Positions 1 to 12,752 of a stretch of 64,000 bases of DNA are shown piece by piece. The notes beneath the pieces are model-generated. The model was not told where the DNA came from and ran no database searches. It was given only the letters and a program-made list of their open reading frames with translations. This DNA is from Paragordius varius (taxonomy: Eukaryota > Animalia > Nematomorpha). Positions within the stretch are counted from its first letter, which is position 1; the number at the start of each line of letters is the position of its first letter. Made by a program: the position numbers and the translations under genes. Location: the NCBI GenBank assembly GCA_964247055.1, contig OZ176050.1, forward strand, positions 3,286,001 to 3,350,000, in the 5' to 3' direction.

Positions 1-391
1 TTGGCTGAAAATTATATTTTTACTTTTAACTGCTATTAACAATAATATTTCTCTGCGTTGCATATGCTATCTCGCATAATTTAATGAAAAATAGATATGC
101 ATTTAGCTCCGCAAATCATAAAATTAATTTTAATATTTAATTAACTCCAAAATACCAAGTAAAGCTTAAAAGTTTTATTTTCATGAGATAGTATGAAAAA
201 TATTAAAATTTTCATTGAACATAATATGTGATATCGCGAATTCAATTGTTTATTTATCAAAAAGTATTCTACAAAAAGTTTTGATGATTGTTTTCTCAAT
301 TTTTTATATTTCTTAATTTATTATTTGAACCTTTTATATCCATTAAAAAAAATAATTTAATTGTTCGATACTGCTGAAACCGAGAGATAGC

Positions 392-1645
392 TGTGCAAAA
401 AAGAGGGTCATTTTCATTAAAAGAATTTTTTTTCAGGAGATAGCTTATGGCCGAATTTATTGCATAAATTATTATTTGTTGACAACCTAGTTTTTAAAAT
501 ATTGAGGGAAAATAAAAATCGGGAAAGTGAAAATTAAGGATAATTAAGGATAATTCAAAAAATAATGATAAAATTTGAAATATATGGTTTATTATCATTT
601 TAGGATATATTAATATTTAAATAACCTAAAATCATATAGTTTGGATTTCTATATAATTTCAGGTCAAAAGATGGCGTTTTTCTTTTATCACACTAAAAAG
701 ACAAATTAAATTTTAATGAAACTATATTAAAATATTTTTTTTAATTATTTACTATCTATCACTATTAAAATCTTAACATTCATATTTTATTCGGTAAATA
801 AACTTCTATATCAAAATAAAACCAAAAATATTGCTTTTTTATTTTTGCTTTTTTTATCATCTGGTTTATGAGGGTATTAAAAATTGAATCTGTTTTATTT
901 TGGATTTTCACATGATTAGGAATTATTAAGTATATATACACAATAGGATCGAAAATTAGTGGAAGATCAACCAACAATCCGTACAAATCCCAATACAAAT
1001 ATTAATTTGTCATAAAAGAGACTTGTTAGAGTAAATTGTAAGGATTTTTTGGTTGATATTACTACTTTAAATCCTATTTTGCATAAACTATATACTTAAT
1101 AATTCCTAATCATGTGAGAAACCAAATTAAACATACAGTTTTATACACTCATAAACTAGATGAGAAAAAAATGCAAAAATAAAAAAAATTGGTTTTATTT
1201 TGATATAGAAGTTTATTTTACTGAATAAAATATAAATGTTAAAATTTTAATAGTGAGTTTAGGTAGTAAATAATTAAAAAAAAATATTTTAATTTAGTTT
1301 CATTAAATTTATTTTGTTTTTTAAGTGTGATAAAAGAAAAACGCCATCTTTTGACCTGAAATTATATAGAAATCCAAACTATATGATTTTAGGTTATTTA
1401 TATATTGAAAATATATCCTAAAATGATAATAAACCATAATATTTCAAATTTTATCATTATTTTTTGAATTATCCTTAATTATCCTTAATTTTCACTTTTT
1501 TACCGATTTTTATTTTCCCTCAATATTTCAAAAACTAGGTTGTCAACAAATAAATTTTTTTGCGGCAAATGAATACTCAGGTCATAAGCTATATAATGAA
1601 ATAAAAATTTTTTCGTTAAATCAAAACTACCCTCTGTTTTGCACA
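392..1645. mobile_element. Foldback (long inverted-repeat) element, ~545-bp arms and ~150-bp spacer
   Basis: 392-~937 is the reverse complement of ~1089-1645 (e.g. gacaacctag / ctaggttgtc; aggtcaaaagatggcgtttttc / gaaaaacgccatcttttgacct; catgattaggaattattaag / cttaataattcctaatcatg). Absent at the equivalent position of copy B (~22075). No clear TSD found. Confidence 0.8.
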
Positions 1646-4380
1646 CAAAATATATAATATATTGAGCAGACAAACAAAATGGATTAAATATGGTTTAAAT
1701 TGGACATAACTGGTTATTAAAAATAGTTTTTGAGTTAGATACCTTGTATGAAAAAATGGCAAACTTTTTTGATGGAATCTGAACGCACAACAAAATATAT
1801 GTTAAATGAATGACACTTGAAACGCAAAACAAATACTAAATTAGAGGTGTGGATCTCCATTAGTCTTTAGTTTTTAGACTCCTCCCATATGGGATACAAC
1901 GATAAACACATGCTAATAAATTTAATTATTAAATTTCAATGAACCGTTTTTTTGCTATTTGTGGGCGTATCGAATGTAAATAAAATCTTGTACGACAAAT
2001 ACTCTTTTTCCGTATAATTTTGACGTTATTTAAATCTAACAAAATGAGCTTTTTACATTTCATTATTTTTAGACGAATAAATGTGTTAATCAGAATTCTA
2101 ACATAACAATGTTTATCATTGAATAACATAGTGCGCTAAATCTGAATGGGTAAAATATAGTAAGGATTATTTCACACTTTTAGTCATTATTGTATTGTTT
2201 TAAGTAATACACTTATTATAAGTATAATCCTTTGAAAAATAAAATAACCATATGATTAAATATATATTTTTCTATTATTTTGCCCACTTATAATTGAAAA
2301 GATTTCTTATTCAGTTCCGGCAATACGCTTGGAATATCAATAAAATTGACCAAAAACAACATAGGTAATAAGTTTTATATCCAATAATATAATTGATTAA
2401 GTATTAAACCCTAATTTGGATTTTATAGTTGTCACTCATTCATTTGTATTTAATGAGATTTGATCAACCCATGAGGTACTTATAACCAATAAATATGATT
2501 TTATTTTTTTGGCACATAAATTTAAGTGATATGCAAAACATGGTAAAAGGCGAAAACAAGAAAATTTGCATCTTCGGCAAAATAACACAGGCAATCAAGC
2601 ATATATTAAAATAGAAAAACGAAACAAACATGGTGCTTATGGTTTTGGTTCTTACGAGCTTTTCTTGAGTTTGCTCCATGCTGAATAAATTTTTAGATAA
2701 AGTCAAATAGTTCATAATATCACTGTTATAATAATTATATTAATAAGGCAATACAATATATTTACAAAATTTTAATATATTTCGAAAGTAGTGAAACGAA
2801 CATATATTAAACTTAAAATTTATAAAGTTTACTGGTAAAATGTAACCTTAAAGCATAGTTATCTATTCATTTTCTAACCATAATAAAATTTTTCCTGATG
2901 CATTAGCGATTTAAATTATCTATAAAAAAAATGGAGGCAAAAAAGTTTGAGATGAATTTTACAATTTACATTTTGTTAAAACATTTTTTGTATAATACGC
3001 CTAAGAGGATACGGAAAATATATTTTTTTAGCTTAATAGTCTTAATACTTTTTAATATATTGTGTTTAGGAAGGCACAAAGCTGTAAATAAGGCTTTTAT
3101 ATAATGCATGAGACAATGTTTGCTATTAAATTTTAACAAATGACTTTCAAAACGCTAGTTTCCGAATATAAAGCTTCCCAATATGTCAACTAGGACAAAA
3201 AGCGGAAAAGGTCATGAAGTGTAATTTTTAGCAGAATTTTCTCAAAGCGCAATTTGTAGTAAGACAAGAAAAACGTATTTAGATTCAATCTCCTTTAATC
3301 GACTCTGAGTTGATGGAAATGTTCGGGACTATATATATATATATATATATATATATGCAAACTGTTTTTATTATTTTAAAAAGGTATTTATCCACGGTTT
3401 TAAACATAATCCAAATACCATAAAATACGCATTAAAAAGTTTTTTTATACAAATTATAAACATATGCTTTATACAAAAAACATTTTCATACATATATTAT
3501 ATATTTACATCATGCAATCAGCTTTTTTCGCTTTTATTTGGTATTTCGGGCCCATTTTAAAACGGGCCAAAACGTTGAGACTCTGAAAGCCTATCAAAAA
3601 TTAAATTAAAATAATTACGCTTTGCTTTTTTAAATATAGATGATGTATTAACGTGTTTGAATTGATAAATTTATATAATTTTTTTAGATAAAATGTTAAA
3701 AAACCCAAATTTTTGTATGGAGCAATTATCACAAAGATGTGAATATTATTTTTATGATTAGTAAACGACAAAATACAATTAATTGTAAAAATTTACAGTA
3801 CATAGACCTGAGGTACTCACCAACTATTTAAGGGGCCAAAAAATATTTTTTTTTATCAAGTATGTTTTTCAAATTATGATAAATACTTCATAGCCGTTGA
3901 AACATTTGCATATATTTATATTAAGAAATATATATAAAAACTTAACAAATAATTCAGGGTTAAACATTTAGGGGTACATGCGCCCACATTCCCCGGTTTG
4001 AGTATCAGTGATAAAGTCAGAGTATTACTTATATAATCCGATTAAATTTCATATTATTTTTTAAAAAATTAGAATTTTATTTTTTTACCACTAGAAATAT
4101 GCAAATAATATTTCTAAAAACGAGTGTATTCTATTGTAAAGAAAAGTTATGTGTATCCTTCAATTTAAAATATACATCACTCATTTCCCAAACTCACAGT
4201 TAAAAAATAAAAGATTTTTATTAACATCAATTTGTTATATTTTAGCATGATTAATGAATACATACGTTCAATGAAGTAAATAATTGTTTTTAACCATAAA
4301 TGAAGATTTGGCTATAATTGGAAATCAAGTGTAAATTATACAGAAATATATTATTATATTTATTTATGTTTTTTCTTCCA

Positions 4381-7300
4381 TTAACTATAATTATCCTTCC
4401 TTTCCTTGGGTAAATTGGTACTCGACGGCTGACTGCATTGAAACTTAGCTTTATTGATTTCGATATCTGATGGCATGTAAAATAATATATGAATTGAACG
4501 TTCTTTTATTAATTTATGGTTGATTCAAAATTACAAAATATTAATTAATATTTTAAACATTTTTTTGACAAAAATATAGTTTATGGTAAAATAACTAAGA
4601 AATATTCAATATTCGCATTTTTTAAAATATTTTTATTGAGTTGATAATGATATTTAAAATATAGGAGGTCATTTTTAAATATATAATTTAGGAAAAATAT
4701 AGTATTAATTTTTTGTTTTTACTCATTTATCAAATGATAGTCTAAATAATGCGATATATTTCTTCCGAAATTTATTATGTCATAAAATTTGTCAGTGTCA
4801 GGCAAAACAATTCACGAATTAATTTGATAAAAATCATACCATGGTGACCAATGGAAATAGATTCTGTTGATGATAATATTACTGAATCATGAATGTTAAA
4901 TTTAATTAACTTTTCTTCATCTTGGTTTTTCTTGAAAAAGGGAAATAGACAACTTAATCTCATTTTATAATTACTGACTTTTTTTCCTTCATTCTGGTTT
5001 GTATAATGGAAGGGAGCGCTCTGGGGTTGGCGGCCCCCGTCTCCATTAGATGATTTGTCATTTGAAAATGACATTTCGCATAGTTCCATATCTTTCATTT
5101 GAGTTCCATTTGTTTTTAACTCTGAGTTTTCTTTTTTGGATCCAAAATATATGGTGAACATATTCTTTTTATTGGCATTTACATTGTGAGTCTTATTTTC
5201 TCCACATTCTCCAGAAGAACTCTGGGGGTGGCGGCCCCCAGAGTCTGCATTAGATGATTTGTCTTTCGAAAATGATGATTCGCATAGTTCCATATCTTTC
5301 ATTTGTTTTTTGGATCCAAAATATATGGTGAACATATTCTTTTTATTGGCATTTACATTGTGAGTCTTATTTTCGTTTCCACATTCTCCAGAAGAACTCT
5401 GGGGGTGGCGGCCCCCAGAGTCTCCATTAGATGATTTGCCTTTCGAAAATGATATTTTGCATAGTTCCATATCTTTCAGTTGATTTGCATTTGTTTTCAA
5501 CTCTAAATTTTCTTTTTTGGATCGAAAACATATGAACATATTCTTATTGCTATTTACCTTTTGATATATCTGATTTTCGTTTCTACATTCTCCAGAAGCG
5601 CTCTGGGGGTGGCGGCCCCCAGAGTCTTCATTAGATGAATTGTCTTTAGAAAACGATATTTTGCATAATTCCTTATCTTTCAATTGGCTTGCATTTGTTT
5701 TTAACTCTGAGTTTTCTTTTTTGGATCCAAAACATACGGTCAACACATTCTTTTTATTGCTATTTACCTTTTGAGATATCTTATTTTCGTTTCCACATTC
5801 TCCAGAAGCGCCCTGGGGGTGGCGGCCCCCAGAGTCGCCATTAGATGAATTGTCTTTCGAAAACGATATTTTGCATAGTTCCTTATCTTTCAGTTGGCTT
5901 GCATTTGTTTTTAACTCTGAGTTTTCTTTTTTGGATCCAAAACATATGGTGAATATATTCTTTTTATTGCTATTTACCTTTTGAAATATCTTATTTTCGT
6001 TTCCACATTCTCCAGAAGCACTCTGGGGGTGGCGGCCCCCAAAGGCCCTGTTAAATGCTCGTTTCCAAGGTGAAGTGTTTTTAGTTTTCATTTTTGAGTC
6101 TGAATGTAATTTAAATATAATAAATATTATTTAATTAATTATTATATTATAATTTCCATTCACCAGTTTTAAAAACTTTAACCAACTGTGTTATATGCCT
6201 TTTTTGTTAATACATTTAATTTCATAGATTTTTTACCATGTGATGATAAGACCTCAGCCTCCATTTGATTATGTAAAATTTCAGTGAGGAAAGGGAATTC
6301 CTTTGTTTTGGCAAAGTTTATTTCTTCGAAATTCGGTTTTTCATTGTTTACATGTTGGCGGTTTACGGATGCAATACATAGAATGGGATTGAGATCTGCA
6401 ATCATAATATAACGTCTGTTTGGTTTCATGACACATAAAACCTTATTATTTTCGAATAAATACGTAATTAATTTGAATTAAATTAAGTAAAACATTATAT
6501 TCCAACAAATTTTATTACAAATGTATGAGATATAGGAATCGAATAAAAAAAATTTTATCGACAGATATTCAAAAAGATGTCGGGCCAATTAAATCAAAGT
6601 GTTGAATAACCATTTACAGCTTTGTAGGTAAAAGTGTAGGGCGGTAAATATCAAAAATATACCATTACACTTTAAATAGACCCTAGAACAATTCATATTC
6701 ACCCTTAACGGCACTAATATAGCTCATCATTCATATGAATTGGCATAGTTTATAATGTTTCTGTATTACGTTAATATTGAACGAAATTTTATTATTTAAA
6801 ATATAAAAAATATAGATATTAACACGTAATAGGGTGAATTTGGATTGTTCAAGGGTTAATAAGGGTGGATCTGTAATTTGGTATAATCACTTTTTATTGA
6901 ATCGACAAATTTTTAGCAAAAATATGGAGATATATTGTAAACAAAAAAATTTGATAATAAAATAAAATATAACCTAATAAACTGGGTTCCCTATAGTTAT
7001 CAGCAAATGGATTAGTAGAGTAGGTTTTATTCATTTCAATTGAATCTAGATAATTGTAAATTTAATATATTTTATAATATATATTATAAATTTTGTTGAT
7101 TACCTCTTTAAAATTCATCCATATATACCAATTACACTAAATAAAATAACTTATATAACTCCTTAACCCCAAAAAATTAAATACATCATGAATGATTCAT
7201 TTCTCTACAAAAATACATATTTTTCATAAACCCCTTAATTTCGTGCACTGTATATATATAGATATATTCAACAAATTTTCCAATTATTAAAATGTGTCCC

Positions 7301-7757
7301 GATATAATTAAATAATTTTTTCTAATTCACAGTGATTAAGTATTAAGCCAAAAACCTAATTCCGGATCATTGTAGTTGTCGCTAAAGGGATTCCTAGAAT
7401 ACTGGCATTCCGCTGTATTTGATTCTAACAAATTACCATTATAAAACATTTTGTATTAAAATAAAACTATATAATATATATTACCAACCAATTTTATAAA
7501 GAATGACTTTTAATTTATTGTTACGCATAATAAAATTGGACTTCTCTCTTCACTCAAAGCTATTTGCCATTTACAAAATAGATAACAGTATTAAATATCT
7601 CAGGGTCATATGCATTAACATTTTTAATCAAATTCTGGAGTTAAGTTGAAGGCAAATGGAATTTACCGAAATCCTCATCCTGTACATTCCAATCTTCATC
7701 AAAGGGATTTTTCGATGATGGCAAGATGTTTTTGTCAATTGAATCACACATAAGCAT
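4381..7757 (-). CDS. Unknown protein with N-terminal NPF motifs and GGRHPQS tandem repeats, copy A (~578 aa, 6 exons)
   Basis: Hand-spliced exons 7757-7667, 7424-7356, 7045-6974, 6395-6237, 6099-4840, 4466-4381. All introns are GT-AG and phase 1, total 1737 nt, open to TAA. Translation begins MLMCDSIDKNILPSSKNPFDEDW...RNPFSDNY...TNPFADNY, then six GGR(H/Q)PQ motifs. Includes ORF-track ORFs 4775-6091 and 6178-6429. Confidence 0.8.
5015..6050 (-). repeat. In-frame coding tandem repeat (six GGRHPQS-type motifs; unit lengths about 210, 210, 204, 177, 198 bp)
   Basis: Motif ctctgggggtggcggcccccagag (or a variant) recurs at about 5020, 5220, 5397, 5601, 5811, 6021. Unit lengths are multiples of 3 by the translated ORF. 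Confidence 0.9.
6660..6883. mobile_element. Small TA-flanked MITE-like element (family also at ~26905-27110 and 62056-62382)
   Basis: Ends ta|ccattaca... and ...tgtaatttgg|ta. Internal inverted motifs gaacaattcatattcaccct / agggtgaatttggattgttc. Best-preserved relative is at 62056-62382. Confidence 0.5.
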
Positions 7758-9545
7758 ATTGATAGGAGATTTTAAACTTTGAGATTAGATTGGGTTTTTT
7801 ATAATAGAGTGGGATTCCGGTCGAGACCAAGTATATATGATTCTTTGGAGGTTTTTTATAAAAGTTAGGTATGTGATACTCAATTAGAGTAGATATTCGA
7901 AAGCATTACTGTTTTTTATATAAATATTTTTGTGAGTGTTTAAATATTATATTTAAGATTTTATAAAAATAAAATGATTGTTATAATAAAATGTAAATAA
8001 ACTATCAACAATCAATTATGTTTTAACGAGAAAATAAACCCAATCATTTTCATTAAATATAATTAAATTAATATACCTAGCGCAAATTTAAAAATTATAA
8101 TCAAATTTTGAGGAGGTAATTGAATTTTAAAATAAGTTTTTTTAAAAAAATATAAAAAAATAGAGGGTGGTTTTTCATAAAATACAGAAGTAATATCCAC
8201 AAAATCCTAAGTTTTTAAAAGAAATTTATAGGTTTATATTTTTTAGATAATTTTTAAGTTTAGTTTTAGCTTATTAGTTAAATAATATTTTGACGTTTAC
8301 TGCGATTTTAAAAATATAAAATATTGGCTGGCAGAATTTTCCGTAAAAGTATTAGCCTTTAATTATTAACTGGAAAATTATCATTTATAAATCCTTCGAT
8401 CATAGTCGATTAATTAAAACCTCAGTTAGGCCTTCCATTCAAATTCTATAATAAAGTATCGAAAATGCCGATCATAGTCAAATAATTTTAATTTTTCCAA
8501 AATAATTTCCCTAAAAATATCATGCCTTTGTCATCCAATTACGGGAAATTCAATATTAGTGTAAGATATTTCTAGCATAAAGGCAAAAATTTAAGCCGAG
8601 ACCATTTTTTACATTAACCTTTAGATAGGGTTTATTTTCAGTAAAAAGCGCCACCATATAATAAATAACCTCTCTCCGAAGCAATATTCGAAAACACAAG
8701 ATTATCTCGGTAGCCTAGAAATAGTCTTACCTGTTTATTAACATAAATTTTAACCCTTAGGTAGGGCTCTTTTTATAAAATGAGCCACTATAAAATAATA
8801 ATGTGGCTTTAAGCTAACCAACACAAAATTATGAAATAAAATGTAATCAATAATGGTTAAGACATTTCCTGTATAAAGGGTAGTTAATCGCATTTTTATA
8901 TGCTGGCCAGATATCCATTTTCTTTAAATAAGCCACCATTTAAAATAAAAGCTTTGAGGCCAATTTTTAGAAATCTCATAAAACCATAATTTAACATCGA
9001 ATAACAGTATCCATATAAAGACAAATTGTAGCCAAGTGCCTTTTTCTGGATTCCTTTCGCAAAACACGTTATTATAAAAAGGTGGATTAAAGCTCATTTT
9101 ATAAAACCTAGAGTTTATATATATTCGAATAGCTATTTTCAGCCGCGTGTTGGACAACCCTGGTTTAAGCGATCTCAAATCCCACTTATTCCTGTTTGTG
9201 TGCCGAATATATCGGAATCATAACTATTTATCATGTGTTTTGCACCAATTTTCAAGATAAACGAAAAGATGAGCTGTTTTTTTCTTTTTATTTCTTTGGT
9301 TGACACGATATCATTAGTTATAAAAGATTTAAAATAAATGCGTCCATCTTCAAAAACAATTTATAATTAATCTTACTTTACAATAATTCCATACCAAGTT
9401 TAGTTAAAATGATTTTTTAATATAGTTTCTCACCTTGAAATAATATTTTAAATTTTTTTATGATCGTCAACTATTTCTATTTAAAAAATTAGAACATTTA
9501 CATTGGAGTTTTCGAATGATCATATTATTGAAAGGCTATTATTAC

Positions 9546-10201
9546 TAGGGTTGTGCATTTGACTGCTTTTTCAAAAAAGTTTGGTCATACTTAGTCAGAC
9601 TATGGTCATGACCGTGGTCATGATCACTTTTTACTTAAGTATCATGCGATATTGGATTGTCAAAATAATGTTCGAATTACACTTCATTTCACTAATAATG
9701 TCATGATTTTTAAAAGTTTATATTAAACATTTTTTGATATTAAAAATATTTCAATCATATTAAATGAATTTTACATGTTTGTGGCCTTCTGATTCATCAA
9801 ATACATTGTTTTAAATGGATAGAATTTTACCTAATTGTTTTACACTTTCTTTCATCATTCATACATCCAATTATAGGATATTTTTCCATTTATTAGTTCA
9901 CATATATAGAATAATTGCATATTTTATAAAACGCTTGATTGTTTTTTTCGAAATAGCTAAATATGCTTAAATGCTTATGATATAATGAGTCATGTTTAAA
10001 AAAATTTGATATATTGTGTTAAATAAGCATATTTAAATATTTAATTTTTAATTTATAAATATATTAAAAAACAATAAAATCTTACTATCTCTCTTCCCAA
10101 CTACTAGCATTTTTTCAAAAAAACAGCTGTTTTTTTAATGACCATGGTCAAAATATAAATAGTCACTGACCTGGTTACATGACTTGGTCAACACAACCCT
10201 A
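9546..10201. mobile_element. hAT-like MITE (~655 bp), copy A
   Basis: TIR tagggttgtg ... cacaacccta, subterminal tggtca/tgacca repeats, 8-bp TSD attattac / attattat (7 of 8 match). Confidence 0.8.
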
Positions 10202-10781
10202 ATTATTATCCATACGCCACAATTAAATTTAGAAATAAAATAATTTCAATAGAATTCAATTTTTATACTTTATTAGTTTTAGGTGTTATAATTAAAATAT
10301 GATTTAAATATTTTTATGATATTCTATAAACCAAATAGTGTGTAGTCTGTAATTTCCATATTCAAAACTAAAGTTATAATAAATGTCCAAGTTGTTAAAT
10401 TTTCATGGTATTCTATTACTTTTTATATTGTTAATATTAGAATAATACTAATCTGTTCTAATTTATTAAAGATATAAAAATTTGGACCATAATAATATGT
10501 CATTTTATGATAACTTATGAAAAAAACAACAAAATTGTAGCTATCAACTACAAACTTGGCTGCGGATATTGTTAAACATAACCAAATGTATTACCATCTC
10601 ACATCTTTTTGGTTGTAATTAAATCAAAAAAGCATCAAAAATTATATGTAGCAGGTAAGAAAATTTTTGCTCTACCGCTTTTTGGCAATTAAAATCGTCT
10701 CGTGACTTCATAAACTAAAATATGTTCTTTGATCTAGAGTGATTTTCAATTTTTACAAATTTCTCTCATAACATTTTGAAA

Positions 10782-11566
10782 ATGAAGAACCAGCTATGGT
10801 TTATGTTAATTTTGGTAATGATATCGAGCATTATGATTTCCACAGAAGGTTAGTATTTTATTAATCCTTATATTTGCTGAAAATTATATGACAGTCTCAT
10901 GGCGGTTTATACGACAAAGAGTCATTCCCGACCAAAGAAATAATTTTTTTTATTCCAGGAAAATGAAAGGGATAGCCTCAACAGTTGGCGGCCGTCAATT
11001 ATGTGTTTTAATGTTAATTAAAATAATCTAATATACGACATGTGCGAATAGCAAAACCCTCATAATTCAAATATTTTATTACATTTCATAAAATTTATAT
11101 CAGAATAAGCCTTTTTTGACCAAAAATTTGACCAATAACAATAGACTTTTAAATAAATAATATATTTTTTAACAGTATTAAATATTATAAACTATTTGAT
11201 GAATTTCGATCCTTTAAATGATGAAAAATATTTATTCTAGTGTCAACAGGATAAACTTTCGACTGCAAAATTCGAAAATTTTTATATATTTATATTCTGA
11301 ATTTAGCAAAAATCCACAACTCAAGATCGCTTAAAGTACTGAATGGTGATTTTTCGAGAAAATTAGCACGGCGGGGGGGGCCGTGATGACTATTACAACG
11401 ATGATTATTACTATGATGACAATTATTATGATGATAGCATTATTCGTTCTACCCGTGTAAATTCACGTTGAGTTACAACACTAAGAAGAAGGACTCAAAG
11501 AGTTACGAATTCACCTAGAGGCAGAACTGTAAGAAATAGAGTCGCAGAACTCCAAGAGCCGGTTAA
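10782..11566 (+). pseudogene. Pseudogene of the secreted Asp/Tyr + Arg block protein (copy A)
   Basis: Exon 1 10782-10848 (signal peptide MKNQLWFMLILVMISSIMISTE) is intact. Exon 2 from 11367 has a 5-nt deletion in the G-run (11373-11380) giving an immediate TGA, a second CGA>TGA stop in the original frame (~11469), and further indels near 11540-11555 relative to copy B. Confidence 0.8.
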
Positions 11567-12752
11567 CAGATGGGCTTAGGCGCCATACTTATTTTTTATA
11601 TATTACTTTTATTCCTGGATCAAAATATTGTGTAACATAAAAATTTATAATTTTTTATCTTCATTGTAAGGGTTTTTTGTCAATAAAAATATATGTGTTT
11701 CCATTATATAGCACGATTTGTTTTTCAAATTTTGGGATTATTAAAGTTTGTAAAATTTTAAATGTTAATACGAAACTTAAATGGATGTCCTATCAAATTC
11801 AAATATGTAATTATTACTAATCAGCTAAAGTATGTAATAAATTATCAATCTTAACTGAAGAGTATTCAAACCATGTAAAATGTAAAAAAATAATGAAGGT
11901 ATCATGTGTATCAAGAAAAGAAGTTAAGGATTAATAAACTTATACTGCTTGAATATATGATTACAGTGTAGTTGATTAATCTTTTTGCTGGACTTCATGA
12001 TCAAGTTTTTTCTAGGCTGATCTGATGATTTGAATTATTTAAAATTATATTTTATATTTTTAATTTAAACTTGGAAACTTTTATAATGAGGATTTTTTAA
12101 TCTAATATAATCTGAAAAGCTCTTGATACATTAAGATATAATAATTTATATATGCTTCAAATACCATTAAATATTCTTTTAAATTGAATATTAATTTTAG
12201 AGCAAAGATTTTATTCTATCTTGATGTTATGATATACCATTATTAATATTTTGTATTGGGCAATCTTAACTTTTTGATGAATCTAACTTTAAAAATTTTC
12301 GACATCATATGTATATATGTCCGAATAACGCTCTTCTAAAATGGGCTAGTCCTCTTACGCAAAATACCGGAATCGAAGAACTTTAATGTTGAATTAATGT
12401 AAAAACACCTAATTTATATTTAATTTGAATACGAAGAGATACAAATAAAATTCTAGGGTGATAGTGTTCAACATCATCGAATTATATATAAAAAGTTTTT
12501 TTAGTATCTTAAAGCGTTTTTTAACCTTTTCCATTATGACTTAATATGTACGCTTCAACAAAATTGTGTTAAAAATTAAATTTTTGAAAAAAACTAGCTT
12601 TTTTTAAATACATTTTTAGTTGATATCACCATCTATTTTATTTGCAATCCCGGAACGCATTTTAGAAGAGCACTGGATTTTCGGCGTCCACTTCTAATTA
12701 AAATTTTTCACAAATATTGTTTTGCATTTTATATGTAGTTTATGATATATTG

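Noticed and set aside
5015-6050. CRISPR-like array (palindromic repeat separated by longer spacers)
   Set aside because: The intervening sequences are homologous to each other, 150-190 bp long and in frame within a spliced eukaryotic ORF. There are no cas genes.
11955-12025. Box C/D snoRNA-like arrangement (ATGATTA ... ATGATCA ... CTGA) conserved in copy B (~32067-32137)
   Set aside because: The boxes are non-consensus, the putative guide next to the D box differs between copies, the site is intergenic, and such motifs are common by chance in AT-rich DNA.
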